A stretch of DNA of 64,000 nt, taken from positions 32,001 through 96,000 of the forward strand of contig JAWXAQ010000022.1 in assembly GCA_034439575.1 (NCBI GenBank), given 5' to 3'. The translations under genes and the position numbers were made by a program. The notes under the pieces were generated by a model that saw only the letters and a program-made list of their open reading frames with translations, had not been told where the DNA came from and did not search any database. Below, in pieces: positions 40,343 to 51,150 of the stretch; position 1 is the stretch's first letter; every line of letters starts with the position of its first letter. This DNA comes from Leptospira sp. GTDB lineage: Bacteria > Spirochaetota > Leptospiria > Leptospirales > Leptospiraceae.

Positions 40343-42158
40343 TAAAAACTATAAACCAAAACTATCGGAGGAAACTAGATATTATTTAAGAGATGTTTTG
40401 ATTTTTCTTTTGACCATCTCCATTTCGGTAACTCTTGCTGAACTTTTTATTTTTCCAACAGAGGAAGATATCCCATTTTCAGCAAAATTTGAAACATATT
40501 TATTACTTTTAATCCCATTTTTTATTATTTCCCTAATTTTAAGTTATATATACCGAAATCGAAGAAATATTGAAACAGGGAAAATTCGAAGTTCGATTCG
40601 TTATCGTCTAACACTTGCTTTTCTATTTGTTGCATTACTACCATCAATCCCGATTTTTATATTGTCTTCCAATTTAACGGGAAGACTAATTGAAGGATTT
40701 TACAGAGTTGATATTTCAAATGCCTTAAAGTCATCCTTAAATCTGATTTCATTAACAGAAGCCGAAGCACATGAAGATTTAAAACAAAAATCTGATATTT
40801 TTGTAAATTCAGTGATGAAAGAACCAAATGATAGTTATTTGGTTTTTAAAAAAGCGGTCCAAAGTGGGCTTTTTGAAAAAGACAAATATTATTTAGGATA
40901 TATTGAAGGCAACATCGTAAAATTCGAATCAAAGGGACTATATAAATTTATATCCAATGCTGAATTTTCAGAGAATCTGAGTTCTGGAATTCCAAGAGAA
41001 GAATATAAACTCTACCAAGAAGATAGAGCGTATTTTTTATTAAAATATAAATTAAAAAATGATATAACCCTTGTTATTGGTCAAAGAATCCACTATGGAT
41101 ATGAATTGGAAGTCTATAATATCGTAAATGCCACTTCTACATATGATACTGTCAAATTATGGAAAGAAAAAATTCCGTATAGCATACGTCTCACAATTGG
41201 ACTTTTTTCTTTGAGTATGTTTCTTGTTGCCATCATGTTTTCCTTTATATTTGCCAGGAAAATTTCTAGACCAATAATCAATCTGGCAAATGCGACAAAG
41301 AAAGTTTCGTTAGGTGAATCTGATGTAAAAATAGAAATGACAGAAGACGGCGAAATGGGGATTTTAATTGAATCATTTAATCAAATGGTATCTGATTTAA
41401 AATCTAAATCGGAAGAATTAATGCATACACAACGAATCGCGGCATGGAAAGAAGTGGCGCAACGTATGGCGCATGAAATTAAAAATCCTCTGACACCGAT
41501 TCAATTGTCTGCAGAACGTATCCAAAGAAAATTTCAAAATCCGAAATCTGAAAATTTAGACGTCGTTATAAAAGATGCAACAGAAACGATTATCGGTCAA
41601 GTTCGAGTTCCTGAACATTTAGTTAAAGGATTTAGTGAATTCGCAAGAATGCCAGTACCTGTGCTTATCAACCAAAAAATAAATCCAATCTTAGAAGAAG
41701 CAACTCTGCTTTTTAAAGAATCAACAGATATTGATTTTGAATTAAAATTAACTGAAAATTTGCCTGAAGTTTTTGTCGATAAACGTTTGTTTCTTGGTGT
41801 TATTAATAATTTATTAAAAAATGCTGTAGAGGCTATCCAATCTGAAGACACTATGTTAGATGAACCAAATATTTGGAAAACTAGAAAGAAAAAAATTCGT
41901 ATATCGAGTAAAATGCAAAGAAAAGCTCTGCGAAGATTTATAATTATTGATATTGAAGATTCGGGACCAGGATTAAATCCAGAGTTAAGAGATAAAATTT
42001 TTGAACCTTATTTCTCGACAAAAGAAAATCATGGTTCTGGAATTGGGCTTGCTGTAGTCCAAAAAACTATTATTGATCATCATGGTCATATATCAGTTGA
42101 TGATTCTAGGTTAGGTGGCTGTAGATTCAAAATAGAATTGCCCTTAGGTCAGTCATAA
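40329..42158 (+). CDS. NtrY-like membrane sensor histidine kinase (HAMP)
   Basis: TM helices, HAMP, AWKEVAQRMAHEIKNPLTPIQL, NLLKNA, DSGPG, FEPYFSTK, GIGL. Confidence 0.92.
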   Translation: MFLNNKNYKPKLSEETRYYLRDVLIFLLTISISVTLAELFIFPTEEDIPFSAKFETYLLLLIPFFIISLILSYIYRNRRNIETGKIRSSIRYRLTLAFLFVALLPSIPIFILSSNLTGRLIEGFYRVDISNALKSSLNLISLTEAEAHEDLKQKSDIFVNSVMKEPNDSYLVFKKAVQSGLFEKDKYYLGYIEGNIVKFESKGLYKFISNAEFSENLSSGIPREEYKLYQEDRAYFLLKYKLKNDITLVIGQRIHYGYELEVYNIVNATSTYDTVKLWKEKIPYSIRLTIGLFSLSMFLVAIMFSFIFARKISRPIINLANATKKVSLGESDVKIEMTEDGEMGILIESFNQMVSDLKSKSEELMHTQRIAAWKEVAQRMAHEIKNPLTPIQLSAERIQRKFQNPKSENLDVVIKDATETIIGQVRVPEHLVKGFSEFARMPVPVLINQKINPILEEATLLFKESTDIDFELKLTENLPEVFVDKRLFLGVINNLLKNAVEAIQSEDTMLDEPNIWKTRKKKIRISSKMQRKALRRFIIIDIEDSGPGLNPELRDKIFEPYFSTKENHGSGIGLAVVQKTIIDHHGHISVDDSRLGGCRFKIELPLGQS

Positions 42159-42159
42159 T

Positions 42160-43518
42160 ATGCAAAAATTAATCTATATTGTCGATGATGAGAAAGAAAT
42201 TCGAAAGTCTCTCAGAGCTATTTTAGAAGATGAAAATTACATTGTAGAAGATTTTAGTAATGGAAAAAATTTATTAAAAGCACTTTCAAAAGACAGGCCA
42301 GCTTTGATACTATTGGATGTGTGGATTGGGAAGGAAGATGGACTCCAAATCCTTGCCGAATGTATGAAAATATATCCAACATTGCCAGTCGTTATGATTA
42401 GCGGTCATGGAACCATTGAACTCGCAGTAAGTGCTACGAAAAAGGGTGCTATAGATTTTTTAGAAAAACCTTTATCCATTTCCAAAGTGATTCAAACAAT
42501 TGAAGATGCCTTAGAAAAAACCAAAGATATAAATAATGAAATCCCAGCATTCAAATTAGAATATGATGATATTCTAGGTATGTCTCAGGTAATGAAAAAA
42601 GTAAAATTTTCAATTTATCAAGCGGCGCAAACAAATGCACGGGTTTTTATATACGGTGAAAATGGTACAGGAAAAGAATTGGTCGCGAGGGCTATTTTTC
42701 AAAATTCAAAACGAAGAGATAATCCTTATGTAGAATTAAATTGTGCTGCGATTCCAGAAGATTTAATCGAATCAGAATTGTTTGGTTATGAAAAAGGAGC
42801 ATTCACGGGAGCCAATGAACGTAAAATTGGAAAATTTGAACAAGCGAACAATGGCACATTGTTATTAGACGAAATATGTGATATGACTTTGGCTACTCAA
42901 GCAAAAGTTTTACGCGTGTTACAAGAACAAAGATTTGAAAGAATTGGTGGAAATGAATCGATTACAGTTGATGTTCGAGTGATTGCAGCTACAAATATAA
43001 GTGTAGAAGATGCGATCAGAGAGGGCAAATTTCGCGAAGATCTTTATTATCGATTGAATGTGATTCCCATTGAACTACCTCCACTTCGGGAAAGAAAACA
43101 AGATATACCTATGCTTGTAGAACATTATTTAAAGAAATCTATTAAGGATAATGATTTAGAATCAAAGACAATCGAAAGAGATGCTTTAGACTTATTAGTA
43201 AGTCATTTTTGGCCAGGTAATGTTCGTGAATTGCGAAATATATTAGAACGATTGTCCATATTAGTTCATGGGGATACCATACGTGCCAAGGATGTAAAAG
43301 ATTCTTTGTTAGGTTTTAAAAAAGCAAATGAAATGGCGGAGCGTGGTGATTTAAAACATGCTAAAGATGAATTCGAAAGACAATACATTATTCGTACTCT
43401 TCAAAACTTCGAAGGGAATGTTAGTCGCGCATCCAAAGCTCTTGGAATTGAAAGAACACATTTATATCGAAAACTTAAGTCTTTAAATATTCAAGTGGAT
43501 CAAACAAACGAAGGTTAA
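42160..43518 (+). CDS. NtrX/NtrC-like sigma54-dependent response regulator
   Basis: Receiver domain (VDDE, LLDVW), GENGTGKE, GAFTGA, WPGNVREL, Fis-type HTH. Confidence 0.95.
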   Translation: MQKLIYIVDDEKEIRKSLRAILEDENYIVEDFSNGKNLLKALSKDRPALILLDVWIGKEDGLQILAECMKIYPTLPVVMISGHGTIELAVSATKKGAIDFLEKPLSISKVIQTIEDALEKTKDINNEIPAFKLEYDDILGMSQVMKKVKFSIYQAAQTNARVFIYGENGTGKELVARAIFQNSKRRDNPYVELNCAAIPEDLIESELFGYEKGAFTGANERKIGKFEQANNGTLLLDEICDMTLATQAKVLRVLQEQRFERIGGNESITVDVRVIAATNISVEDAIREGKFREDLYYRLNVIPIELPPLRERKQDIPMLVEHYLKKSIKDNDLESKTIERDALDLLVSHFWPGNVRELRNILERLSILVHGDTIRAKDVKDSLLGFKKANEMAERGDLKHAKDEFERQYIIRTLQNFEGNVSRASKALGIERTHLYRKLKSLNIQVDQTNEG

Positions 43519-43524
43519 TCGAAA

Positions 43525-44352
43525 ATGACACAGAAAGAAATTTTTGAAAAGTTAATCGATTTGTTTGAAGAAACTAAGTTTTTTATAAAAACAAATGCTC
43601 TTCCCATTCGTGCCTTACAAACAGAGCCTGATCCACAGGATATTCAGTTTATTTGGATACCATTAACTGTAAAATCAAAAGAACAAAAGCAAAAAGATAA
43701 TCAAGCTAAACTTCGCGCAAATAAAGAAATGGTCAATTTTCCATGTTCTTTATGCCCGAATAAAACAACTGGAATTAAAAACTTTTTTTATCCAGGAAGA
43801 TTTCCCATATTAGTACTTCATTATTCTGGATCAAGTTCACCAAAGGAAAAACCATTTATTAAAAAAAATCCTAAACAAATTTTTAAGGATGAGATCACAG
43901 GAAAAGTATGGAATGATTTGATTCAAAATGTGTATCAATTTTCAGCAGAGGAATTGTATTATCAAGAATATCCTGCCTGTAATTTTAATACGACTCTTTC
44001 AAAAGATTCAGATTGGAAATTTAGAATTGATACTTGTCGAAGTTTTGTTGAAGAAAATGTTCGCGATTTTGGGATCAAAGGAATCATACTTTTGGGTTCC
44101 TCCGCCAAGCATGTATTTGGCGGTGAAATGGCAAAACAAATGCTAGGTAAAATTTCAATGTGGGATTTCTCAGGGACAAACATTCCTGTGATGACCTTGA
44201 GGTCCCCGGAAGCATTGGTTGTTCTTGATGAAAGATCAAAACAAAAAAATGAAGAAAAAACTTTATTTCATTATGCCGAAGAAAAATTGAATTTAGAAAA
44301 CTCGTTTAAGGAACATCTGAACGAACTTTTTAAACAACTGAAAGATACTTAA
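43525..44352 (+). CDS. Hypothetical protein with a uracil-DNA glycosylase family-4-like fold
   Basis: CSLC...PAC...TC..F, GIILLG, LRSPEAL. Confidence 0.55.
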   Translation: MTQKEIFEKLIDLFEETKFFIKTNALPIRALQTEPDPQDIQFIWIPLTVKSKEQKQKDNQAKLRANKEMVNFPCSLCPNKTTGIKNFFYPGRFPILVLHYSGSSSPKEKPFIKKNPKQIFKDEITGKVWNDLIQNVYQFSAEELYYQEYPACNFNTTLSKDSDWKFRIDTCRSFVEENVRDFGIKGIILLGSSAKHVFGGEMAKQMLGKISMWDFSGTNIPVMTLRSPEALVVLDERSKQKNEEKTLFHYAEEKLNLENSFKEHLNELFKQLKDT

Positions 44353-44353
44353 G

Positions 44354-46309
44354 ATGATTCAATATGCAGAAGTTTCGCTCAATTTGAGCTGGAATCAAAG
44401 TACCTTAACTTACCAATACCCAGATTCGATAACCAAAATTGAACCAGGTATTCGCGTTTTAGTAGAGTTAAATGGCAAATCTTTTGAAGGCGTTGTCATT
44501 AGTAGTCATCACAATGAGCCGAATTATCGAACTGAAAAAATTTCTAAAATCATTGATCAATTTCCTGTTTTGACAAAAGAACAATTGGATCTCGGTCAAT
44601 GGATGGCTGACACATATTTATCTTCCTTAGGTGAATCTTTGTTTAAGATGGTGCCTAAGGGAAAATCAAAAAAAATCAATAAACAAACTCAACTCTTTGT
44701 GCAGGAAAATCTTTTATTTTCTTTGAATGAAGAACAAAATAATGCAGTTACAAAAATTAAAGACTCTGGCTTGGAAGAAATTGTACATTTGTTATATGGT
44801 ATCACTGGCAGTGGCAAAACCGAAGTCTATATAAATTTGATTCGAGATACCTTGCAAAAAGAAGATAGCGATGTACTTTTACTTGTACCCGAAATCAGTT
44901 TAACTTATCCTACGATCAAACGAATCGAAGCCGTTTTCCCAAATCAAATTGCAGTTATACATTCATACCTCAGAACCAAAGAACGATTTCAGAATTATTA
45001 TGATATTTTATCAAAATCAAAGCGAATTGTAATCGGTACGCGTTCAGCTATTTTTGCTCCGTTTCACAATCTGAAACTAGTCATCATTGATGAGGAACAT
45101 GATACTTCTTATAAAGAAAATGCAAGTCCCAGATATCATGTGCGCCAAATCGCCTTACATAGATTATCTTTAACAAAAGGTAAGCTCGTATTAGGTAGTG
45201 CGACTCCTAGTTTAGAAATTTATCACCAAGGCATAATTGGCAAAATTGGGTTTCATAAATTATCTAAACGAGCAAATCCTGAAGCCACATTGGCTAAAAT
45301 TGAAATTAATCGTAAGGTGGATGATAAAAATTTAATTTCCGGTGATTTACAATTTAAAATTCAAAGTCGTTTGAAAATTAAAGAACAAGTATTGATACTA
45401 TTGAATCGAAGAGGGTATAGTCCTTTTATATATTCGAGAAATCAAAAAGAATTCATTCAATGTCCCAAATGTTCATCTAATCTATGTTATCATAGTAATG
45501 GTGTAGTTAGGTGCCATCTATGTGGATTTAAAGAATCGATGAAATCTATAAGTGATGCAGAGAATGGTGAAGTGGAACTTGTGGGTGCAGGTACACAAAA
45601 ATTAGAAGAGAATTTACTTTATTTATTTCCGCAAGCTAAAGTGGAAAGATTGGATCAGGATTCAACTAAGAATAAAGAGATTATCGCGGAAGTATTGAAT
45701 CGACTAGAAGCCAAAGAACTGGATATATTAACTGGTACGCAAATGGTTGCAAAAGGATTGGATTATCCAAATGTCACTTTAGTCGGTATACTAAATGCTA
45801 ACCATGGTTTGGGAGTACCTGATTTTAGAAGTGCGGAGAGAACGTATTCTTTGATTTCGCAAGTGGCGGGTCGGGCTGGTCGGGGAAAAATCCCAGGTGA
45901 AGTTTTCATACAATCATCCGATCCAGACCATCCGGTGATCCAATTGGCATTAAATCAAAATTATAATGAATTTTATGAATGGGAAATTCAATTTAGAAAA
46001 TCTTTAAACTATCCTCCATTTTGTAGACTGGCACGTTTAGTGTTTCGATCAAAAGATGAAGATCAAAGTAGCAAAACCGCAATTCTTTATAAGGAGATAA
46101 TAGAAAGGCATAGTAATGAAACACTTCAGATATTAGGACCGTCGCCATGCCCCTTTTATAAAATTGATGAAAATTTCCGTTATCATATACTTTTAAAATC
46201 AAATAAATTACAAACCATACGCGAAATTTTAAAAAAGGTGAAGGAAGAAGCAAAAAATAATCCTCGTTGTTATGTGGAGTATGATCTTGATCCTATAGAA
46301 ATGATTTGA
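44354..46309 (+). CDS. priA: Primosomal protein N' (replication restart helicase)
   Basis: GITGSGKTEVY, IIDEEHD, LGSATPS, LNRRGY, Zn-Cys motifs, QVAGRAGR. Confidence 0.96.
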   Translation: MIQYAEVSLNLSWNQSTLTYQYPDSITKIEPGIRVLVELNGKSFEGVVISSHHNEPNYRTEKISKIIDQFPVLTKEQLDLGQWMADTYLSSLGESLFKMVPKGKSKKINKQTQLFVQENLLFSLNEEQNNAVTKIKDSGLEEIVHLLYGITGSGKTEVYINLIRDTLQKEDSDVLLLVPEISLTYPTIKRIEAVFPNQIAVIHSYLRTKERFQNYYDILSKSKRIVIGTRSAIFAPFHNLKLVIIDEEHDTSYKENASPRYHVRQIALHRLSLTKGKLVLGSATPSLEIYHQGIIGKIGFHKLSKRANPEATLAKIEINRKVDDKNLISGDLQFKIQSRLKIKEQVLILLNRRGYSPFIYSRNQKEFIQCPKCSSNLCYHSNGVVRCHLCGFKESMKSISDAENGEVELVGAGTQKLEENLLYLFPQAKVERLDQDSTKNKEIIAEVLNRLEAKELDILTGTQMVAKGLDYPNVTLVGILNANHGLGVPDFRSAERTYSLISQVAGRAGRGKIPGEVFIQSSDPDHPVIQLALNQNYNEFYEWEIQFRKSLNYPPFCRLARLVFRSKDEDQSSKTAILYKEIIERHSNETLQILGPSPCPFYKIDENFRYHILLKSNKLQTIREILKKVKEEAKNNPRCYVEYDLDPIEMI

Positions 46310-46350
46310 AAGAACCTTGCCAAAAAATTAGAGATTAATAAATTCTATTT

Positions 46351-47304
46351 ATGTCAATATCTATAGGTTACTTTGGATCACCAACGTTTTCAGCATCTCT
46401 CCTTGAAGAAATCATTTCTTCGGGTATTAAAGTAGATTTTGTTGTGACTAACATTGAAAAACCGGTAGGCAGGAAAAAAGAATTAACACCTACACCTGTG
46501 AAACAAATGGCCATCAAATATGGTATTCCTGTTTTGCAATCGGAAAAACTTCGTTTGGATTTAGAAATCCAAAACCAAATCCTTACGTATCCATCTGCCT
46601 TACATGTCGTTTTTGCGTATGGTTCCATCATACCTGAAAATGTATTCAATGCACCTAAGTTTGGGAGTATCAATTTACATGGAAGTTTACTTCCCAAATT
46701 TCGCGGAGCCTCTCCTGTTCAATCTTTTTTGTTAAGTGGTGAATCAAATACTGGTTATACGATTCAGTTCTTAGCCAAAGAAGTTGATTCGGGCGATATA
46801 ATATTTAAAGAATCTTGGGAAATCAATCTGAATGATACAACAGAATCTCTATTGAAAGAAATCACAAACAAAGGTGGAAAAAAAATAATATCTCTTGTCC
46901 AAGGATTACCAGAAAAAACATTTACCGGCACACCTCAGAATCATTCCGAAGCGACTCATTGCAAAAAAATAACATCATCGGATCGCCCTGTTTCTTTTCT
47001 TGAGAGTGCGAAACAAATACACGATCGCATTCGAGCCCTCTATCCCGACCCATTAGCGATAACTACTTTTCGTGAGAAACGAATCATTTTGCTTACTTCC
47101 CATTTGGATACAGACGGAGAAATGATTCCTGCCAATTTGGGAGTGGGAAGCTTTTTCCTTGGTACTAAAAAAAGACTTTTCTGCCTCTGTGGTGACGGAA
47201 ATCTGCTAGGTATAGACTTGATCCAGCCAGAAGGCAAAAAACCAATGAGTGGATTTGATTTTTTTAACGGAGCTCGGGCATTGCCTGGAGAAACATTCTT
47301 GTGA
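46351..47304 (+). CDS. fmt: Methionyl-tRNA formyltransferase
   Basis: YFGSPTF, INLHGSLLPKFRGASP, VDSGD, QPEGKKPM. Confidence 0.96.
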   Translation: MSISIGYFGSPTFSASLLEEIISSGIKVDFVVTNIEKPVGRKKELTPTPVKQMAIKYGIPVLQSEKLRLDLEIQNQILTYPSALHVVFAYGSIIPENVFNAPKFGSINLHGSLLPKFRGASPVQSFLLSGESNTGYTIQFLAKEVDSGDIIFKESWEINLNDTTESLLKEITNKGGKKIISLVQGLPEKTFTGTPQNHSEATHCKKITSSDRPVSFLESAKQIHDRIRALYPDPLAITTFREKRIILLTSHLDTDGEMIPANLGVGSFFLGTKKRLFCLCGDGNLLGIDLIQPEGKKPMSGFDFFNGARALPGETFL

Positions 47305-48320
47305 AAGATAAATTTCTAAAAATACTTCCTTACAGCGGTTATGTTCTTTTTTTAAGTTTAGGATTGTTACTTTTTTTTGTTGCCGCATTTCTTGTGGTGG
47401 TTGTTAGAACCAAGGATGAACAGAAGATCACGATGCCACTTGTCATTGGCAAAAACTATGTTGAAGTTCATAACGAATTACAAAGGTTACAATTAAAGGT
47501 AAAATTAGAAACTTTACGTATCCCTGAAAAAACCGATGGTATCATACTTTCTCAATCAATAGATCCTGGGAAGGAAGTGGAAGCTGGTTCAAAAATTTAT
47601 CTAACGGTAAATATCGGATTTGATCGCGTTACTATTCCAGAATTGAAAGGCCAAGACTTAAAAAGAGCAAAAGGTATCTTAGAAAAAGTATTATCTGGTG
47701 ATATCTATGTACCTCTTATAATTGGTGGTGTCACTTATGTTCAGGCAGTAGGGGATGAGCCTGCGGATACTGTCATTGATCAAATTCCAAAGGCTGGAAA
47801 AGAAACACACTCTGGTGAAAAGATATATCTGCTTGTGACAGAATCTTCCAATGAAAAAAAAATAAGTCAAACAAACGATTTTAAATCGTATGAAACATCT
47901 CTCGTAGGAAGCCCGGTCCCTTTTGCTATTGATACATTGCAACGTAAAAAAATTCCATACCAAATAACGGAAGTAAAACGAGCAGATATCAGAGAATCAT
48001 CAGGGCTTGTTGAAAAAATTTCTATTTCAAACAAAGGAGCCACTTTAGTAACCTCGATTCATAAATCGGATGAAAAATTAAAATATGATTATGAAACAGT
48101 GAGTTATGAAATAGATGATGACGATAGTTATTCTGCAGTCTTAACTTATTTTGATGCAAAGAATGGATCAGAAGTGAAAAAAGAAATATTAACTTCGCAA
48201 GTTTATAAAGAAGATCAAATATTGAATTTATTCTTTTATCGAGGTGAGGCTGTAACTTTATCTTTAATTGGCCAAACTACAGGTTTGGCAAAAGTTTGGA
48301 AATTCGAAGGGAAATATTAA
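47301..48320 (+). CDS. Membrane-anchored PASTA domain protein
   Basis: N-terminal TM; MPLVIGK...ILSQSIDPG and IPELKGQ...[14 protein letters not shown] repeats. Confidence 0.85.
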   Translation: MKDKFLKILPYSGYVLFLSLGLLLFFVAAFLVVVVRTKDEQKITMPLVIGKNYVEVHNELQRLQLKVKLETLRIPEKTDGIILSQSIDPGKEVEAGSKIYLTVNIGFDRVTIPELKGQDLKRAKGILEKVLSGDIYVPLIIGGVTYVQAVGDEPADTVIDQIPKAGKETHSGEKIYLLVTESSNEKKISQTNDFKSYETSLVGSPVPFAIDTLQRKKIPYQITEVKRADIRESSGLVEKISISNKGATLVTSIHKSDEKLKYDYETVSYEIDDDDSYSAVLTYFDAKNGSEVKKEILTSQVYKEDQILNLFFYRGEAVTLSLIGQTTGLAKVWKFEGKY

Positions 48321-48321
48321 T

Positions 48322-48969
48322 ATGAAAATATCTGCTTCCATCCTTGCTGCTAAGTTAACAAATCTCACTTCGGAGCTTCCTACATACAAAAAAGAGAGTA
48401 TTGATTATATACATATGGATGTTATGGATGGAAACTTTGTTCCTCAAATTTCCTTTGGGGAAGCCTTCACAAAAGAAGTCAAAGCTCTGACCGATATCCC
48501 GCTTGATGTGCATTTGATGGTAAATCGGCCTGAAGACCATGTGAGTAAATATTTTGAGTTCAATCCGTATTGCATTACCTTTCATATTGAAACCACAAAT
48601 TTTGCGGTTCGCCTAGCTGAAGAGATTAAAAAGTCTGGAAGTAAAGTAGGGGTCTCACTCAACCCACAAACCCCTCCAGAAGTCATTTCTACATTGCTCC
48701 CTTACTTAGATTTGGTTCTTTTGATGACAGTCGATCCCGGTTTTTATGGACAAAGTTTTATCAAATCTGGTTTTGAAAAAATTGAAAAAATTCGTAAAAT
48801 GACAAAAGACTACGGAATTGAGTTGGAAGTAGATGGTGGCGTGAATGAATCCAACATCAAACAATTGGCCTCCCTAGGTGTGGATTTATGTGTTGTCGGT
48901 TCTGGTCTCTATAAAACTGGAAATCCAAACGAACAAGGCAAAAAATTAAAGGAACTTTCAAGGTCATAA
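48322..48969 (+). CDS. rpe: Ribulose-phosphate 3-epimerase
   Basis: [34 protein letters not shown]. Confidence 0.96.
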   Translation: MKISASILAAKLTNLTSELPTYKKESIDYIHMDVMDGNFVPQISFGEAFTKEVKALTDIPLDVHLMVNRPEDHVSKYFEFNPYCITFHIETTNFAVRLAEEIKKSGSKVGVSLNPQTPPEVISTLLPYLDLVLLMTVDPGFYGQSFIKSGFEKIEKIRKMTKDYGIELEVDGGVNESNIKQLASLGVDLCVVGSGLYKTGNPNEQGKKLKELSRS

Positions 48970-49030
48970 GAAACCCCTCTTGACAGAGAGGCCTAGTTTC
49001 TAAAACCTGTTGCAAAAGAGGTATTTTTTC

Positions 49031-49291
49031 TTGGTTAAGTTAAGATTACAAAGAACTGGAACGAAAGCTGATCCCCATTATCGTATCGTTGCCGCAGACA
49101 TCCGTGCTCCACGTGATGGTCGTTTTATCGAGGCAGTGGGTCACTTCCATCCGAGCGCACATGTTGCGAGCCAAAAATCTATTTTCAATGAAGAGAAGAC
49201 TTTATCTTGGTTAAAGAAAGGCGCACAGCCTACAGATACTGTCCTTGCTCTTTTGAAAAAAGATGGAATTTGGGCAAAACACAAAGGATAA
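49031..49291 (+). CDS. rpsP: 30S ribosomal protein S16
   Basis: [34 protein letters not shown] start after GAGGT. Confidence 0.96.
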   Translation: MVKLRLQRTGTKADPHYRIVAADIRAPRDGRFIEAVGHFHPSAHVASQKSIFNEEKTLSWLKKGAQPTDTVLALLKKDGIWAKHKG

Positions 49292-49301
49292 ATCCTGATT
49301 C

Positions 49302-49532
49302 ATGGAATCACTTGTAAAATATATTGTCCATTCACTTGTCGACCAGCCTGACCAAGTTTCTGTGACTCAGATTCCTGGTGAGGAAGAATCAGTCATCGAG
49401 TTAAGAGTGGCTCAAAAAGATTTAGGAAAGGTGATCGGTAAAAATGGTAGGATTGCAAAATCCCTTCGTACCGTTCTGCAAGCCGCAGGCACCAAACAAG
49501 GCAAAAACTACACTCTAGAAATTGTCGACTAA
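49302..49532 (+). CDS. khpA: KH-domain RNA-binding protein KhpA
   Basis: [19 protein letters not shown]; lies between rpsP and rimM. Confidence 0.9.
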   Translation: MESLVKYIVHSLVDQPDQVSVTQIPGEEESVIELRVAQKDLGKVIGKNGRIAKSLRTVLQAAGTKQGKNYTLEIVD

Positions 49533-50064
49533 CAACTCACTCATAAAGGTGGGTACCTTTGGTGCAACGCATGGCATCAAAGGGAACATTAAAATTCACA
49601 CTAGTGGTGACGCGCTCGCGTCCCATGCGTTCCCCATTCCTTGTGATACCATTCTGACGGATGGCACAGCTAAAAAAGTTGAAATTCTTTCCCTAACTCC
49701 ATCCGGTTCCTTTTTTATTGCAAAGGTCAAAGGTTTTGATACACCCGAAGCTGTTGTTTTGCTTCGCAATGCCGTCATTTTTTTACCAAGAGAATCACTA
49801 CCCGAGATTGATTCAGAAGAAATTTATGTAATGGATTTAATTGGACTTGCCGCAACGATTAAGTTAGGCGAAAGTCCTCTGAATTATACAATCACAGAAG
49901 TTATAGATAATCCTGCACATCCCATCCTTCGCTTTTCTAGCAATGATGATATCAGTGAACCTAAGGAAATTCTTGTCCCCTTTCTACATTTATATATTGG
50001 GGATTGGGATTTGAATTTAAAACAAATCGAAGTTAGGTCTTGGGAGCTTTGGTTTGAGGTTTAA
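49522..50064 (+). CDS. rimM: Ribosome maturation factor RimM
   Basis: [21 protein letters not shown]; synteny. Confidence 0.9.
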   Translation: MSTNNSLIKVGTFGATHGIKGNIKIHTSGDALASHAFPIPCDTILTDGTAKKVEILSLTPSGSFFIAKVKGFDTPEAVVLLRNAVIFLPRESLPEIDSEEIYVMDLIGLAATIKLGESPLNYTITEVIDNPAHPILRFSSNDDISEPKEILVPFLHLYIGDWDLNLKQIEVRSWELWFEV

Positions 50065-50707
50065 TTTTATCACACTTTTTCCAGACAAAATTGAATCCTA
50101 TTTTTCAACAGGAATTCCAGGTAAAGCTCGCACCAATCAGGTAATCGATATTCGAACAGTTCATTTGAGAGAATTTGCAGGCAACAAACATAATAAAGTG
50201 GATGATACGATTTATGGCGGTGGACCAGGCATGTTGATTCAAGTGGGACCCGTTTACCGGGCCTTGGAATCACTTGGTGAAAACAAAGGTCATGTCATTT
50301 TACTCAGTCCTTCCGGAGAACTTTTCAACCAACAATTGGCAAATGAAATTTATTCGAAAAATACCTCGATTACATTGATTTCAGGTTACTATGAAGGGAT
50401 TGATCATCGAGTGACTGAGCATCTAATTGACAGGGAAGTGGCCATTGGAAATTATGTAATTTCATCGGGTGATTTAGCCTCTCTCGTTGTGGCGGATACG
50501 ATTTCCAGACTGGTTCCAGGATTTCTTGGAAAAGAAGAAAGTCTAGTGGAAGAATCCCACAATACTGAGGAAGAGTTAGAATACCCGCAGTACACAAAAC
50601 CTTTTGATTTTATGGGGTGGACTGTTCCGGAAATCTTAGTGAATGGCAATCACGAAGAAATTCGAAAGTGGCGGCAGAAAAACCGCAAAATAAGAAATCA
50701 TCCTTAG
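50054..50707 (+). CDS. trmD: tRNA (guanine-N1)-methyltransferase
   Basis: [36 protein letters not shown]. Confidence 0.96.
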   Translation: MRFNFITLFPDKIESYFSTGIPGKARTNQVIDIRTVHLREFAGNKHNKVDDTIYGGGPGMLIQVGPVYRALESLGENKGHVILLSPSGELFNQQLANEIYSKNTSITLISGYYEGIDHRVTEHLIDREVAIGNYVISSGDLASLVVADTISRLVPGFLGKEESLVEESHNTEEELEYPQYTKPFDFMGWTVPEILVNGNHEEIRKWRQKNRKIRNHP

Positions 50708-50715
50708 AGGAAGCC

Positions 50716-51150
50716 ATGAATCACATACTAGAAAAGGCACTCGAAAACGAGCCTAAGAACGAACTAAATTTTGAAATTGGTGATACTGTTAAGGTTCACT
50801 ATAAAATCGTTGAGTCTGGAAAAGAAAGAATCCAGGTTTACGAGGGTATCGTGATTTCTATTGCCAATAAGTCGCATAGCAAAACATTTACGGTGAGACG
50901 AATATCTTATGATATCGGAGTGGAAAGAATTTTCCCTCTTCATAGCCCTCGCATTGCAAAGATAGAACTTGTTCGTAAGGGTAGTGTTCGTCGTGCGAAA
51001 CTATTCTACCTTCGTGAGAAGAAAGGTAAGTCTGGACGTATCAAAGAACGTAAAGGTGGCCAAGCTATCGTTGCGAAAGATAAAAAACGTCAAGACGAAG
51101 CGGCTAAAAAAGCAGCACCGGCTGCCGTCGCTGAAGCCCCACAAGCATAG
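50716..51150 (+). CDS. rplS: 50S ribosomal protein L19
   Basis: [39 protein letters not shown] before ATG 50716. Confidence 0.97.
   Translation: MNHILEKALENEPKNELNFEIGDTVKVHYKIVESGKERIQVYEGIVISIANKSHSKTFTVRRISYDIGVERIFPLHSPRIAKIELVRKGSVRRAKLFYLREKKGKSGRIKERKGGQAIVAKDKKRQDEAAKKAAPAAVAEAPQA

Noticed and set aside
48969-49001. Imperfect hairpin around TTGACA upstream of rpsP
   Set aside because: Short stem with no U-tract; more simply the rpsP -35 region.
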